DNA of 64,000 nucleotides. Origin: Cenococcum geophilum (Eukaryota). The position numbers were made by a program, and so were the translations under genes. The notes under the pieces were generated by a model. It did not search any database and had not been told where the DNA came from. It was given only the letters and a program-made list of their open reading frames with translations. Where the stretch lies: positions 15,500,001-15,564,000 of the forward strand of contig CP158635.1 in NCBI GenBank assembly GCA_050273025.1, in the 5' to 3' direction. Of this stretch, positions 38,991 to 53,236 are shown in pieces (position 1 is the first letter of the stretch; each line of letters opens with the position of its first letter).

Positions 38991-40148
38991 ACGACAGTAG
39001 GAGGGCTAGTATAGCGATAAGTTAACGAACTATAGCTTTTTATTTATTACCTATCTGTTAAGTAACTTTACTAAATAATAGATTATTAAACCGTTTTAGC
39101 CCTATAAAAGCTAGGACTTATTTAAAACGCTAATTAAGCTAAGCCTCCGTAGATATATTTATTATAGTTATTTTTGTCCTTCTTCTCTTTCTTTTTAGCT
39201 GGATAATATCGCCTATTAGTTTCCGTACCCATTTAATAAGTTATATAAATAATACCCTTTAGAAGCTAATGTGGAACGTCTACTATTATACCCTTATAGA
39301 TATTAAATAGGCAATAGTGCTATGTAAAATATTCTACTAAGTATACCCAGTTATCTAAGGATGGAAGAATATTCTCTAGTTACTAGCGTTTAATCTATCT
39401 TTTCGTCTCCTTATAGGTATATAGCGGGTATTATTTCTTAGTTAAGTTTTTACGCTTTAGAGGGGGGGCCTAGCACATAGTATAGTGTTATTGGCTTTTA
39501 ACACCTATAAGCAGCACTTGTTCTTTATAGTCTGCTATTATTTTATATATAATGAGATAACATCGTTACATAAAATTATCCGTATATTAAAGGTCTACGC
39601 CACTTTCTGTAAGATGCTTAATTGCTATTATATTTTAGTTAATAGAATATAGCGTTAGAATACTAAAGTAGGACTTATATTTAAGTATAGTTCTTATCGC
39701 CTTATAATATACTTTACTTTTTATATTATTATCCTTTTCTTTAATAACTCGTATAAAGCTAATAAGGATATTTACGGGGGATATCTATTAGCGCTAAACT
39801 TATTGGTTAAGATTACCGATAGTAAGATATACTAGCCAGGCCGATTTATCGCTATAGTATATTATTAGCTGGGTTTTATTAACTACTATAAGTATAGGAA
39901 CTACTATAGTACCACTAGGAAGCTTGCCTTATATCTTCTACTACTAGTTACCGCTAAATAGCTTATTATAAACTTAATAGTTTTCGGCATTATAGAGTCT
40001 CTTTAGTGTATATACTAGTGCATCTTTAAAGGGTTAATAGTTAATTAGAAAGGCAATTATATTTATAATATCCTAATAAAGAATATAATATTCCCTCTAT
40101 TTAGAGCCTTTAATATTTAATTCTACCTTATACTTTAATTGGAGCTAT

Positions 40149-40319
40149 TATTACGGCACTAACCTAACACGTTATTATGACACGAGCACAGACCTGGCCC
40201 TTGAGCGACGTGTATATATACCGCCTCACCTCCTATATAGATCCTCACACGATATCGTTTGTCAATGATATACAGTCACCTCGTACCTCGTACCTTGACA
40301 GTCAGCACGTACTATAACA
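40149..40319 (+). mobile_element. Solo LTR (171 bp)
   Basis: TA(=TG)TTACGGCAC...GTACTATAACA with TSD GCTAT. Absent from the first Plavaka copy at ~10815. Confidence 0.9.
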
Positions 40320-40494
40320 GCTATTATTCGTCTTATATGCTAAATAAAATAGCGGTAATTAGTTCTTCCTATTAATTTATAGATTAGAAGCTAAGTAGGC
40401 TATAAAGTAGGCTAAGGCGGGTATCTTTAAGTAGTGCGTTAACGTCTCCCTTTATACAGCAAATGCGGTGCAGCTATATTAAAAAGGCGTAATT

Positions 40495-43400
40495 ATACGT
40501 TATCTGCATAGCATATACGTAGAATAGTATAAGTTATTAGTATAGGTTACTACTAGCGGGTTACTAATAGGTTATAGACCTTAGTTAAATAAACCCCGGT
40601 TATAAACAGGCCTATTCTCTAATATATAAATAATCTACTTAGCTAGCATAGAGTAACGGACTAGGTCTAGGAAGGGTGCTTTTTAAATTAAGCTTTATTG
40701 CCGGTATACGCCATAGCCTTACCTGCGGGTTATAGCAATTATTACTTATTCTTTAATCCCTTTAGGCGTCCTCTGTTCCGCTTTAATGTAGGTTATATTT
40801 TAATAGCGGCGCTTACTTTTTACCTACGCTTCGGCTATAAGGCTAGGGTATTCCGCTTACGGTACTTATCTAATAGTTAATAATAATTCTTAAATTCTAT
40901 CTCGTATTTCTATTTATTATATTTATTTAGCCATCCTAGCCATTTAATAAGGTACTGTGGTTGTCTAGCATAATCCTAGTAGGCGATAATTGCTTTTACT
41001 TCCTAGCTACCTTCCTTAAGCTTTTTTACTACTAGGGGTTAAAACCTAGGGTGTGACCTATAAGGCTCTAGTAGGGAGATATAAAAGACTAGGTGGAGAT
41101 ATAAAAGACTAGGTGGAGCTATACTATAGTAGGTAAAAGCTCTAGCTTATATACTTACTACCTTACGCGCTCTAGGATCTAAAACGGTCTTATAAACTTA
41201 TAGTTAAGCTTTTTATAGGAACGTTTTATGCGGATGTTCTTAGAGGAGAGTAGGACTTATTTACTAACGGCGAAGTGCTTAGCCAGGTAGTAATAATTAT
41301 AGTATTTTACCTAAAGCTTTTAGGCGTATATTATTGACGCCGCTATTACCTTATATATAAGGCGCAGGCGTTATAAATACATCTTTATAAGTTAGATATT
41401 CGTTAACTTAGACCCCTCCCTACCTTACTAGGCGTCTTAAACGCTGTCTAGGACTCCGTTTAGGATGTTTAGTAGCTAGCTATAGGCGAGCTTAATAGGG
41501 GAATGCTTTATTATGGTATAGACCTTAGAGTTATAGGTAAAGGCTACTTCTTTAAGTAGGGAGGCCTAATTAGACTGTTCCCAGTTTATAAATATACATA
41601 GGTATACCTTAAGCTCCTAGTTTTAACGCTTTATCTAACTATCTATTTACGGGTAAAATATAGTGCTAAGTTTACGTTAAACGCGGAGATAATAGCATAT
41701 GGTGCTCTAGTACTCGCTTATAAATACACTACCCTTATTAGAGACGATATTATCTAGAGGCCCTATTTATATAAAGACTCTAAATAAGAGTTCTGCGAGT
41801 TACATAGCATTAAGTATCTTACGTACTAGATAGTAGTATACTAGCTTTATAAAACGGTTTATAAGGATAAGAACGGAGTTATACTCTATACTATTAGGAG
41901 TCTTAGACTCTAGGAGATCTATAATAAAGTTAAGTAAATAATGCCGCTAGGCTTAGGTGGGGGCCTAAAGAGGCTGCAGCTTACTATAGGGTTTATAGCG
42001 GCGCGATTTAGAGCGTTAGTAGATATTATAATTATCTAGGTATTTACGGAGGTCCTAGGTAAGGCCGTTCTAAGTATACTTTTACGCGATTACCTTAAAA
42101 GTATAGTTAAAACTATAGTAGCTGCCTATAGGATCGTTATAATTCTGCTTAAGGATCTCCTATTATAGTAATATATAATTTAGTACCTAGACCTTATTAT
42201 TTTACCTTAGAAGTCCTTAATTATTAAGGGTGTAGTCCTTATTACCGGTAGGAACTTATTCCTAGGTTAACTAATTATATATAAAGCGTGTAAAGGCGTC
42301 CCTTTTTTATACTCTATAAATAAAATTAACCAGTAACTTAGGGGGTTATTCTATAAACGCCGTTTTGGCTAAAGTAGCTACTACTACTTCTTACTATAGC
42401 ACGAGACTCTATATAAAGTCAGTGCTAGTAAAGTAACGTATAATATATAGGTAACTTACTAGGTTATTACGGGGGACTATAGCCTGGGCTAAGGGGTATT
42501 CCCTAGGGTTAAGCGCTATTAGGTTAGTTAAAGTAGTCTTAAAAAAATAGTAAGACGCTCTAATCCGCCGGCGCTAAGTTTATAATGGTCGCTTATATAC
42601 TACATATATGCTACTTACTAGTTTAGTATAGTAGTACTAGGGCCGCCCATAAGGCCTATAACCTATAACTTTTGCTATAATATAGGCAGCATAGTATTAA
42701 GGATTATCCTCTTACTACTATCTTTAAAGCCTTTAGTATAATCCAGGCGCCAGGATAGTATATTAGTAGGATTTATCTTACCTAGCTTATATTTAATCTT
42801 AAAATTAAACTTAGCTAGTTCCTTAGCGTACTAGGCCTAGCTAGTAGATAAGCTTTTAGTAGTTATAAAGTACCTAAGATTGTTATAATTATAGAGCACG
42901 CGCGTTATATACGCGGCGTATTTAAGGTAATAGCGCCATATCTTAAAGCATTGCACTATAGCAAGTAGTTCTTTATTATACGTATTATACTATACTTCTA
43001 GGCTAGTAAGCTTCTAACTATAATAAGTAATTAGGTACTAGTGGAGTTAATCTTCTTACCCTAAAGGCTGTAGAAGTATACCGCTATAGGCATAGTTAGA
43101 AGCGTTGGTAATTATTATTAAGGGTAAATTATGGTTAAAGTGGCAAAGTAAAGGAGCTTATATAAACGCAGCGCGTAACTTATAAAACGCCTACTATACG
43201 TTATTAGGCCAGGACTAAGGTTAATACTATTTAATAGGCCCTTTTAACTTACGCTTTTTCTTCTTCTCCCTATCTAATATTGGGTCGCAATATACCTATA
43301 TAAGATATATATATAGGGGGTATATAGTATCTAAGTAGTTCCAGATAAATTGCCTATAGAAGTTAGCAAAGCTAAGGAAGACCTAGATATCCCTATAGGA

Positions 43401-46400
43401 CTTAGGCTTAGGCTATTTCTTAATAGCTTTTACGCGGTTAGGGTCTATTATAATACCCCTAGGGGTAATAATAAAGCCTAGAAACTTAACGTTCTTAGTA
43501 TAAAAGATATATTTTAATAGTTTAGCATATAGGCCCTAAGCGCAAAGCTGTCGCAGTGCTTAATGTACTTAACGTACTTACCCTTATTATTTAAGTAGAT
43601 AAGAATATTATCTAGGTAAATTATATAGATAGTATCTACTAGGGTTTCTAAAGCTTTATAAATATAGCTCTAAAAAGTTATAGGGGCGTTAGTAAGACTA
43701 AAGGGCATTATTAGATACTTAAAGTAACCATAGCATATCTTAAATACGGTCTTCTATTTATCTCCCTTTTTAATATAAATCCTATAGTACGCATTATAAA
43801 GATCTAGCTTTATAAAGATCTTTATATAGCTAAGCCTATTAAAGAGCTCGCTAACTAATAGTAGGGGGTACCGATTTTTAATTGTAATCTTATTTAGGCG
43901 TCTATAGTTAATATATAGCCGTATTATACTGTCTGCTTTTAGTATAAAAAGGATAGGCGCTCTAGTAGGCAACTTACTGGGCCTAATTTAGCCCTTTTTA
44001 AGAGCACTATCTAGGTACTCTTATAAGATCTATAACTCTTTCTATAAGAGGTTATAGAGGGGCATTTATAGTAGCGTTTTGCTTTCTTCTAAGTCGATTA
44101 TATAGTCATACTTAGAGTTCTGCGGTAGTATACTTACTAGCTTATTAAAGAAAATATTAATTTCCTCCTTATATATATCTAGTAGGCTAAGGGCTATAGA
44201 GGTCAAAGTGACTATTATATAGTAGTGTGCTTTTAGAAGCTAGTGAAGAGAAGGGTGTAGTTAATATGCGTTTTATAGGTATGCTTATACTAAGAGTATA
44301 TACAGCTCTACTACAGTATACTTAATAGTTTTAGAGTTTTAATCACCTCCCCCTTATATGTAGGTAATCTGCGCTAGCACCAGAGGATCTCTATAGGTAC
44401 TCGCTGCTAGTAACGGTAGGTCCTCTACTATATTTATAACTAGTATCTCTACGTCTAGAGGGTCTATACAGGTACTCGCTACTAATAATAATAGGTTCTT
44501 TATTATGTTTACAACCGGCGTAGAGAAGAAGTCTTCTAGCTATAGCGAATAGACTATTTCACTAGCCTTAATATCTGCTAAAAAAGCGTTAAGGGTAACT
44601 ATCTAAAGGCGTTTAGGGTTTAAAGTACCATAGATAAAACGGAAGCTAATTAATAGATCTACTTCCGCGAGCTAATCCCATCTAAGAATTATATTATAAC
44701 TATTAAATAAGCCGCCCTAAAAGGTCTACGGGTTAATAGTGCGAGGGGTACCCTAAGAGTCGCTAGTGGTGACTATTAGATTATAAGTATCCTAAATTAT
44801 TATCTAGTTGCTATTAAGGAAACGTATAATAGGTTTATATAAATATAGTGCGTAGTATATAGCTAGGTTAAGCCTATAGACGATATCTTAATTAATGAGG
44901 TTAATTTAGTACCTATTATTATATAAAGTATATAAGCGGACTTCGCCCTAGGGCGTATCTATCGCAATATATACTATAATGCGTTTTTTTCTCCCTCTAT
45001 ATTAGGCCTAGTTATAGTTAAGAGAGATATACTATTAGGGCTTTAGGTTTTCTAAAGCCTAAGCTAACTTCTCTTTATTAGCCTACTTTTAGTGTTCCTT
45101 ATAGTAGCCGCCTGCGGTCCTTTAACTCGCCTACGTAGTATTAGTGTTTAGGGGGTCCCCTAAGCCATCTGGCTTTTAGGTAATCTCCCTAGGAGTTTAC
45201 TTAGAAAAGCGTTACCTTTTTTAGGTTCTATTCCCTAAGCCTAACTTTATAGAGCCTATACTACAACCGCCCTTTATACGCGATAATTTACCGCTACTAC
45301 TTACGCGATTTTCTACGAGCTTTATAGTATTAAGCAATTACTCTATATAGCAGATTTCGTTAAAGAGGTCTTTAGCGGTTCTTACCCGTTAGGCGAAGTT
45401 CTAATAGAAGAGTTCTACTTATAGGTAGGCTGGGAGACGTAAAAACTAAAAGTTTACTTATTATTTAGGATTAATAAAAGGGGTATACAAGAAGAGGTCC
45501 TCTAAGCTACGTATATAGGCTAGGAAGACGTTAAACCTCTAGTTCTCCTTTATAATAGCTATATAGTATATTATAGCGTTATTAAAGCGTCTTACTATAG
45601 GGTTCCTAATCTAGTCCTAAATTATAGTTTTAAATTTATCCTATAATAAAGGACTTTTATCCTTAGTACCTAACTGGCAATAAACTAGTTAGGTAATTAT
45701 CTTCTCTTTTATAAGACCTTTAATGGCCTAGCGCGTGCGTTGCTTATAGTTATAGTTAGCGTTATTAACCTTAAATTAGTTCTTAACTGCGGCGATCTAC
45801 CAGTTAAAATACTGTTAAGTAATACCGCTAATATTAGGTAGTAACTTCTTAACTAGGGCGTTAAGATTTATTCGGCATATACGTTTACTATATAACTTAT
45901 ACTCTTTACTAGAGAGGTAATAGGAGGGCTTTATTAAATTAATAATGCTCTATAAGTTAGCTATTTTCTTAGCTAGCTTATCTAGCTCCTTTATATTAGC
46001 GGTATTAAGTAGGACGCTAGTAACCTTACTAAGCTTTTATTAAGCCTAAGTATATAAGTTAAACTAGTCTTTAGCATTTATAGATATCTAATTATTTTAA
46101 GATTTAGAAAATGGCTTAGATGCTACTAGTATGCTTCTAGCAGTTTTATCTACACTAGATTTTAAGGCGTTTTGCGGTCGCATTACTAGTATATTACCAT
46201 TAGGTATAGGCGTTAGTTTTCTTTTCAGAGGCATTATAGAAAAATTAAACCGGCTATCCTCCTAAGGGGATTGGTAAGGATTTAAATATAAGGTAAGAAT
46301 ATGGATAGGGAGTCCAATAATAGAATAATAGGTATATTGTATAGACAGACAAATCCTTAAGGGAAAAGGAGGAGTCTGTGTGTAAGGTAAGAAGGGTTTT

Positions 46401-46475
46401 TCTTAGGTATGTATAGGGCACATACCTTACGGGCGAGTCACCCCTAAGTTGCCCTAGGGTCGCCTATACCTTACG
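40495..46475 (-). mobile_element. Ty3/Gypsy chromovirus, RIPed, 3' LTR missing
   Basis: 5' LTR ~46287-46475, gag from ~46234, protease ~44950. RT: APILF...RLYINYRRLNKITIKNRYPL..KLDL..AYYRI (43972-43754) and YL(DD)ILIY (~43618). RNase H and integrase follow, then a chromodomain (W)EV.AII...YLIKWLGW (~41010-40930). Confidence 0.9.
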
Positions 46476-47750
46476 GCTATATAACTATTTACCTAGGGTT
46501 TACCTAATAATAAGTTATAAGTCTATTATACATTAGGAGGTTATCTAAGGTTATAATAATCTTTTCCTATAGCTAGATTATTAGCTTATTATATAGGTCT
46601 AATTAATAGTTCTTAAGGGGAACCTAGCCTTCTCCTATAAGGTATAGGAATTAAGTTTAAAATTTAGTAAAGGGTTAGTTTAGTTTTATTATTAGGCGAT
46701 TATAGTTATACTAGGCGTTCCGTACTTTATTTAGGTTAATATAAATAGCCGCTAGGTGCCGTATTATCTTATTAATAAATATAAATTAAATAGGGGAATT
46801 ATCCTTAAACTTGGCTTAAAGGTGCTATTAGGTATCCCTAGTGGTTTAATTAAAGAGGTAAAGCATTTTAGCTTCTTTAGAAAGGAAATAGTTATAGTTA
46901 ATATAGAGCTTTCCTTATGCTTAAATCTAATTTTTAAAAGTAGGGTTTATCCTATTAAATAGTAGTTAGGAGTTAGGGAGCTTAATAAACTTTTAATTAC
47001 TTCGTTATTATATTTATACTCCCTAGTATATTATATTTAGCAGAGTAAATAGGTTAGCTAAGGCTTTAAAAAGGGGAAGCTAGGCTATTTTATAGGGCTA
47101 TAAGGCTTTCTAGGATCTCTTATAGGGTCTCTTATATATTTCTTACCTTAAGATAATTGGCTTTCTAGCTAGCTACAAGGGCGCAAATCTACTCGCGTAC
47201 GTTTATAATATTATTATTATCTTTAATTTATAATCCTAATTAGATCTTAGGTTCTTCTTAGGTAAAGATAACTCTCTTAAATAAGCTAGCTTTAGGTGCC
47301 ATCGTTAGCTTCCTAAGGTTTATTAGTATTATATAACCCTTAACCCGTTAACTTTAGCACGTAAGGTATTGATAAGAGCCTACTAATTAGATTAATAGCA
47401 TTTAATAGCCGTACTTAGGAATATAAAGCTTTTGATTTTATAGTAAATTAATATATAGGCTTATTCTTTAGAGTTTAGTCGCTTAATATAAGGCCTTTAG
47501 CAGTTATCGTTCCTGCAGAACGGTATTTTATAGATATTATAGCCAAAATAAGTCCTTAAAGGACGCTGCCGCCTCTACCACTCCTTACTATCGCGAGGTT
47601 TTATTATAGTGTTTGGTAATAGCTCTAATAGAGCTTTCCTATTGTTTATATATATTATAGAACCTCACTATAAAGGCCTCTATAGGAGAGCCTTGTACTC
47701 TTATATATACCTCGCGTATAGCTTATATTAGCTACGCGTAGGTATATTAC
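46476..47750 (-). mobile_element. 5' fragment (gag) of another LTR retrotransposon, cut by the chromovirus
   Basis: Minus-strand relic reads ..KMLYLFN.TT.D.QQHL.AKF.D...HLAAIY..PNKVRNA...Y.RL..K..Q.F..F...F..L, which is retrotransposon-gag-like. Confidence 0.55.
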
Positions 47751-47769
47751 TGTATAATTACAGCACCTA

Positions 47770-50700
47770 GTATACAAACGCGTATTTACGCGTTCGTGCA
47801 CCAACTACCTACGTGCTAACTAATTAGGGGGGAGGCGCGTTAGTATATAGACCACGTAGTCTACCTTAATAGAATCGACAGTCACCACTATCTAAATAAG
47901 CATATAATACTATACGTATTTCGTGCCCCTAGATATGACTTGCCTTATATTATTAAGTTAATACAAACACTAATTAGTGAGCGCGCACAGATTAGCAATT
48001 ACTCGACACCTCCCCCCGAGCGATACTTAACAGCGACTACCTGTTTAGACTCCTAGTACGACCTGCTAGAAGGTCGGAAGTCGGGGATTACGGACTATTA
48101 CCAACTCTATATACTTATTTAAGTCTTAGTACGGTTTACTAGAAGTTTATAGACGTAAATATAGACCTTTATAGAACCATTTACCCTCCTACAAACTACC
48201 ACAGACCTGCTAATTACCTTTATAAACCGTTATAAGACCTTACGAAAACCCCCTTACCCTCCTATAAACCGTTATAGACCTATTAACTACCTTTACGGAC
48301 TACTATAAGACCTTTTCCACCCGCTATATACTATATTATATAGTATAGCTGACACAAGTAAGCAGATTAATAAAGGTTAAGAGAAATGGAGCTAAGGAGT
48401 TGACCTTACGTCTATAACTGACGTTAATAACTACATTAAATATAAAATCCTTAAATACGGATATTTTAAGCTTATAAATGACAACCTATAGAAGCAATAT
48501 AAGGAAGACTTTATGGACTTTACGGAAGCTATTTTTAAGGCTTATAACCCTACTGCTATCCGTAACCTATAAACCCTTTTACGTTACTAAGGTGTATAGG
48601 TTAAAAGGGATAAACGAGTCACTGTTATATGGTCTCTATACGATATACTACGTAAGGAGGACTAAATGAAATAGACTAAAGAGCAGATTTTAGATTATAT
48701 TAAAACCAGCGACCTTTTTACCTCCTTTAAACTTAACAGAATCTCTAGCCTTATAGCTAACCTATTTAATTAAATTCGTCCTATAGACCTAAGTGGCTTT
48801 AGAATTAATCTCACTAGCTAAAGCATACCTAGTACTTAAGTTACGGACTATAATACCCCCGTAAACTAAAATATGGACTAAAACCCTCCTATTACTTAAG
48901 TTATAGATCTATAAACTACCTAAGTAAAAACCTATAGTAAGGAACTAGCTAACCTAGCTAAGATCTATACCAACGAATCTAAGTATAGCGGTGAAAACGA
49001 TAATTTTAACTTTAAACTAACTATCTTTACAGACCTTTGCTAGAAGGCTAATATTTCTAAATAAAAGTTTAGCCAAGCCTACTCTACTATACTACGCGGC
49101 CTAGCACTTAACTATTACTACACTAACCTTAAGAGTAACCCCTATAGTGTTCTCTTTAATAAGCTATGCGAAGCTACCTATAACTACTTTAAAGAACTAG
49201 AATATAAGCGTAATATCCTTACCTAATAGAATACGACTAAGCTATAGACCGTAATTAACAAGAATACTAAAAAATTAACTATAGAGTGCCTGTAAATTCT
49301 CATTAAAGACCTCTGGCACCTATAGCACGGCCTTAACGCTAAGCTTTAAATAGACGACTTCCTATATAATAAACTTATTATAGCCTACTAGGAAGTAGAG
49401 CCCTGCAAGTATGCCTACTATAAGCCTATAAATACTTTAGCTAGCCTTATTAATAATCTACGCTCCTCTATTATAATGTATAAAGTTTTAAACCCACTAG
49501 GCAGCATTTAAGCCTTTATTGCGGATATTTAATATCTATAAATAGACTTAGACGTTTACTTTACGGACTACCGCTACCGCTAGCAGCACCTATACCGACT
49601 AAGTCTAACCTATAACCCCCGCAGCAACCCCTATACAAAAATATACCCCCGTAGATAAACTAGTTAGAAGTGCTTTATATACAGTAAGGAAAGATATTGG
49701 TTTATAAGGCATACCTAGGAAGAACGTAATAAGTCTAGGAAGAGACTTAATAGCTATATTAACTAGTTTATTTTGGAATACAAAGGAGAGGAAGTAAAAG
49801 AGCCCCCTAATGAGTTAATAGAAGCCCTTATAATTGACTTTAACTTAAACGCTTAGGAATAAGAGACCTTAGAAACATTCTTAACTACTTTTAGACCTTT
49901 TATAGATAGCCAAGCCTTTAATATTACGACTATATTAGCCGACCGTTCCTTTATACACTTAGTTGCGCCTAAAAACCATTTATAAGTACCCCTGTTACGG
50001 ACGTTATAGATTATAAGCAGGACCTATTTGCATATATTACTATAGAACGCTATACCCCTAAGGAATTCTATAGCGTTATAATTGATATAGGTGCCTCTAA
50101 GAAATCTACCGTAGGCTATAGATAATACCTTATATATAGGACTACTACAAATAATAATATGGACATTAATATTACGTAAACTAGGGCTGTAAACGTCTAA
50201 TTCGGCATCGGTTTAACTGTATTAATTAAATTAGTTAAAGTTAAGACTTTAATTGGCCTAGTTAACTTCTACGTAGTAAAAGCGGACACCCCCTTTCTAT
50301 TCTATCTTATAGATATAGATAGGTTATAGGTATACTATAATAATGTTACGGACACCCTAATAGGCCCCACAACTACCCTAGGAAGTAAGTATATTACCTT
50401 ACTAATTATATAATGATTTAGACACCCGTTCCTTATATAGGGAGAGACTCTACAGACGTATATTTAGGAATCTTTTAACTACAACCTATGCTACCTTACC
50501 AGTACAGAAATCTACCGCCTGTACCGCTGTTTTGGCCACCTATTAGCTAAAAAGCTATATAGAGTCCTTAAACGCTCTAGACACGATGACGTTAATAGGA
50601 AGGTAATTAACTACCTAACTAAATACTGCTCCTACTGCTAGAAATACGGACGTTCTCCAGGCCGATTTAAGTTTACCCTCCGTAAGGATCTTAACTTTAA

Positions 50701-52796
50701 CTATTTAGTATACGTAGACATTATGTATATTAACGGCAGCCTAGTACTATATATAATTAATAAGGCAACCCGCTACTAAGCCGCCTGTTAGTTATAAAAT
50801 ATATCCGTAAAGTATACTTAGGATATTTTACGGACCTGCTGGATTAATATATACGTTGGACCCCCTAAGTATATTACCTATAACGCTAGTAGAAACTTCA
50901 TTAGCAAGGAATTTTAGTAGTATACTATGGCCATAGCTATATTAACAAAAGCTGTTTTAGTTAAGGCGTATTAGTTTATTAGGCTTATTAAGTAAGCTTA
51001 CCTAGCTTTATAGAGAGCTTACTAGATTATTACGGACAAATATAAGAATATCTAAAAGGAACTGGCCCTATAGATGGCCATAAAAGCCATTAATAACACT
51101 ACTAGCCCGGATAAACTAGTACCTACCCTTTTAGTCTATGAAGCCTATTTAAGAATAAGTAACCTAGACCCTTCTACCCCATCTATTATAGAACAAGCAG
51201 CTATAATACGGAAGGTAATGGCTAAGATAGTTAAACTATAGGCCAAATAAGCTGTTAATAGCGCCCTGTACTACCGTAATAGACTAGACACAACCTTAGT
51301 ATATAACCTACCGCTTAATTCCAAAGTCTTTATATGGCGTAAAAGCGGTAATTGGAATAGACCTTATTGTCTACTAGCCGTAGAAAACGAGACGTGCTGT
51401 GTATAACTTCCTAGTGGGCTAACTAGCTTTAGAAGCACGTCTATAAAACCCTACTTTTAGCCTAAAAATACCTATAACGTTAAACCAGACGAATTAGAAG
51501 TAATTGCTGAACTAGATAAAATAGAAGCACCCCTACCTACTTTAGAAGTCCCCTAGGAACCTACTAAACCTACTAAACCTGCCGTAAAGCGCGGTTAAGG
51601 ACGCCCCTAAAAGTACCCCGTAACTAAGAACCCTAAAATAGAAAATTACCTAACCTCTATAGGAATATCCGTAAGGCAATCTCCGCCTATAGATATATTA
51701 GTTTTAGTATAGGAAACCCCATTTACGGACTTATAACGTAAAGAGATTAACGGACTACTTAAGGGGGGTGTCTTTGCGGTTATAATAGAGAGAGACGTTC
51801 CGTAAGGCGTCCGTATATTTAACTTACGCTTTATTAATAAAATTAAGCACCCTAGTACTAATAAAGCTTTTAAAAAATTAAGGCTTGTTGTATAAGCCTA
51901 TAACGACTAAGGAAAGGACTTAGTCCTTACGCAATTACCTATAATCTAATAAGTCAGCTAATAGATTATACTTGTATTTATATCTGGACTACAGCAAATT
52001 AAATCCGTAGCCCTCTACCTATGGGATATCTCGCAAGCCTATATATAGTCTAATACCTACCTAAGCAGAGACATCTTTATACAACTACCCCGTAAGCTTA
52101 ACCTATAACTAGAAATAATTTTATGGGTTATAAAACCTCTTTACGGAGTACTAGAAGCTAGAAACCATTAGTTTAAGATATACCACTAGTACTATATTAG
52201 TAAACTTAAAATGGAATAGTTAACCTATAACCCCTACCTCCTATATAGCCCATTAAACGGCCTTAATATTATTGGACTCTAAATAGACGATACCCTCTTT
52301 CTAGCAGACTAGACCTTTACGGATGCTAAAGAAACTAAATTATAAAAGGTAAAGTTTTTGGCAAAGCTATAAGAGCAGTTAACTAAGTAAACTCTAATTA
52401 AGTTTAACGGAGGCTTAATTATATAAAAGGGCAACCTAATTAAGCTGATTTAAAAGCGCTAAGCTTAAAACCTAAAGCCTATTATAGTAAGGCCTATAGA
52501 CCTTACTAGCTCCCGCAGAGAGACCTATAAGACTATAAATATAAAGGGCTAATACGTCGCCTAGCGCGTAAAAGGCGTTTATATTACTATAGTCTACTAA
52601 CCTAAATCTGCCTATAACTTATCCTCTATAGCCCAGGTAATAAACCCATAAAAAGAAAATATTAAGTAGCTTAATAAGCGTATTTAGTGGCAAATTAATA
52701 ATATAGTAAGGGGACTTACCTTTATACCACTAGACCTAAACTCCCTTAACCTACTAGTATTTATAGACGCCTCCTTCGCTAATAATAAAGACCTAT
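47770..52796 (+). mobile_element. Ty1/Copia LTR retrotransposon, RIPed, cut within RNase H
   Basis: LTR ends at ~47969 (AAACA). Integrase RL.R.FGH.. and C..C.K.GRSPGRFKFTL..YVDIMYI (50515-50730) precedes RT RKEINGLL..GVF, DISQAY, KPLYG..EA.NH and (QT)DDTL (51735-52300). RNase H starts LVF.DASFAN (~52755). Confidence 0.9.
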
Positions 52797-53236
52797 TATA
52801 GTGGTGTGATTTAGCCCCCTAGATTTAATATCTAGATTAGGCGTAGCTTCGGGAAAGCCTAGGCCTTCTATAAGTTATATAGATCGGTTTAGAGCCCTTA
52901 GAGTCTTTAACAACTTAGGCGACACTAATAGATACACAATTTTCCTTTAATATACTCTTTTCTTTCTCTTCTTACTGCTTAATTCTAACTAATAGTAACT
53001 AACTGATAGACTGACCGACCGACTAACAGACAGCACTAAGACTTTCTTATCTTAGAGAGGTTGTACCCTCCTATATATTTTATAGCATTCCACGTAAAGA
53101 TAACGGCAAGCTCTTTAGATTAGAAGTCTGGTGCTCTATATACAGGAGACGTATAGGAACGATCTAGAACTGCGATAAAACAACTAAGATAAAGAAGTAC
53201 GGGTATATAAGCGACCTGTGCGTAGCTACCGCCACA
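52797..53236. mobile_element. Probable LTR (440 bp) interrupting the Copia element
   Basis: TATA(=TGTG)GTGGT...ACCGCCACA inverted termini at the exact point where Copia RNase H stops. No matching TSD. Confidence 0.5.

Larger units (their letters stand above)
35390..40494 (-). mobile_element. Second, truncated copy of the Plavaka element (left end plus 3' two-thirds of the transposase)
   Basis: Colinear with 7564-10987 and again preceded by TA. Differences are mostly transitions. Interrupted by two LTR insertions. Confidence 0.92.

Noticed and set aside
40495..40660. 3' LTR of the chromovirus
   Set aside because: It has no similarity to the 5' LTR at 46287-46475 and is more likely 3' internal sequence at a deletion junction.
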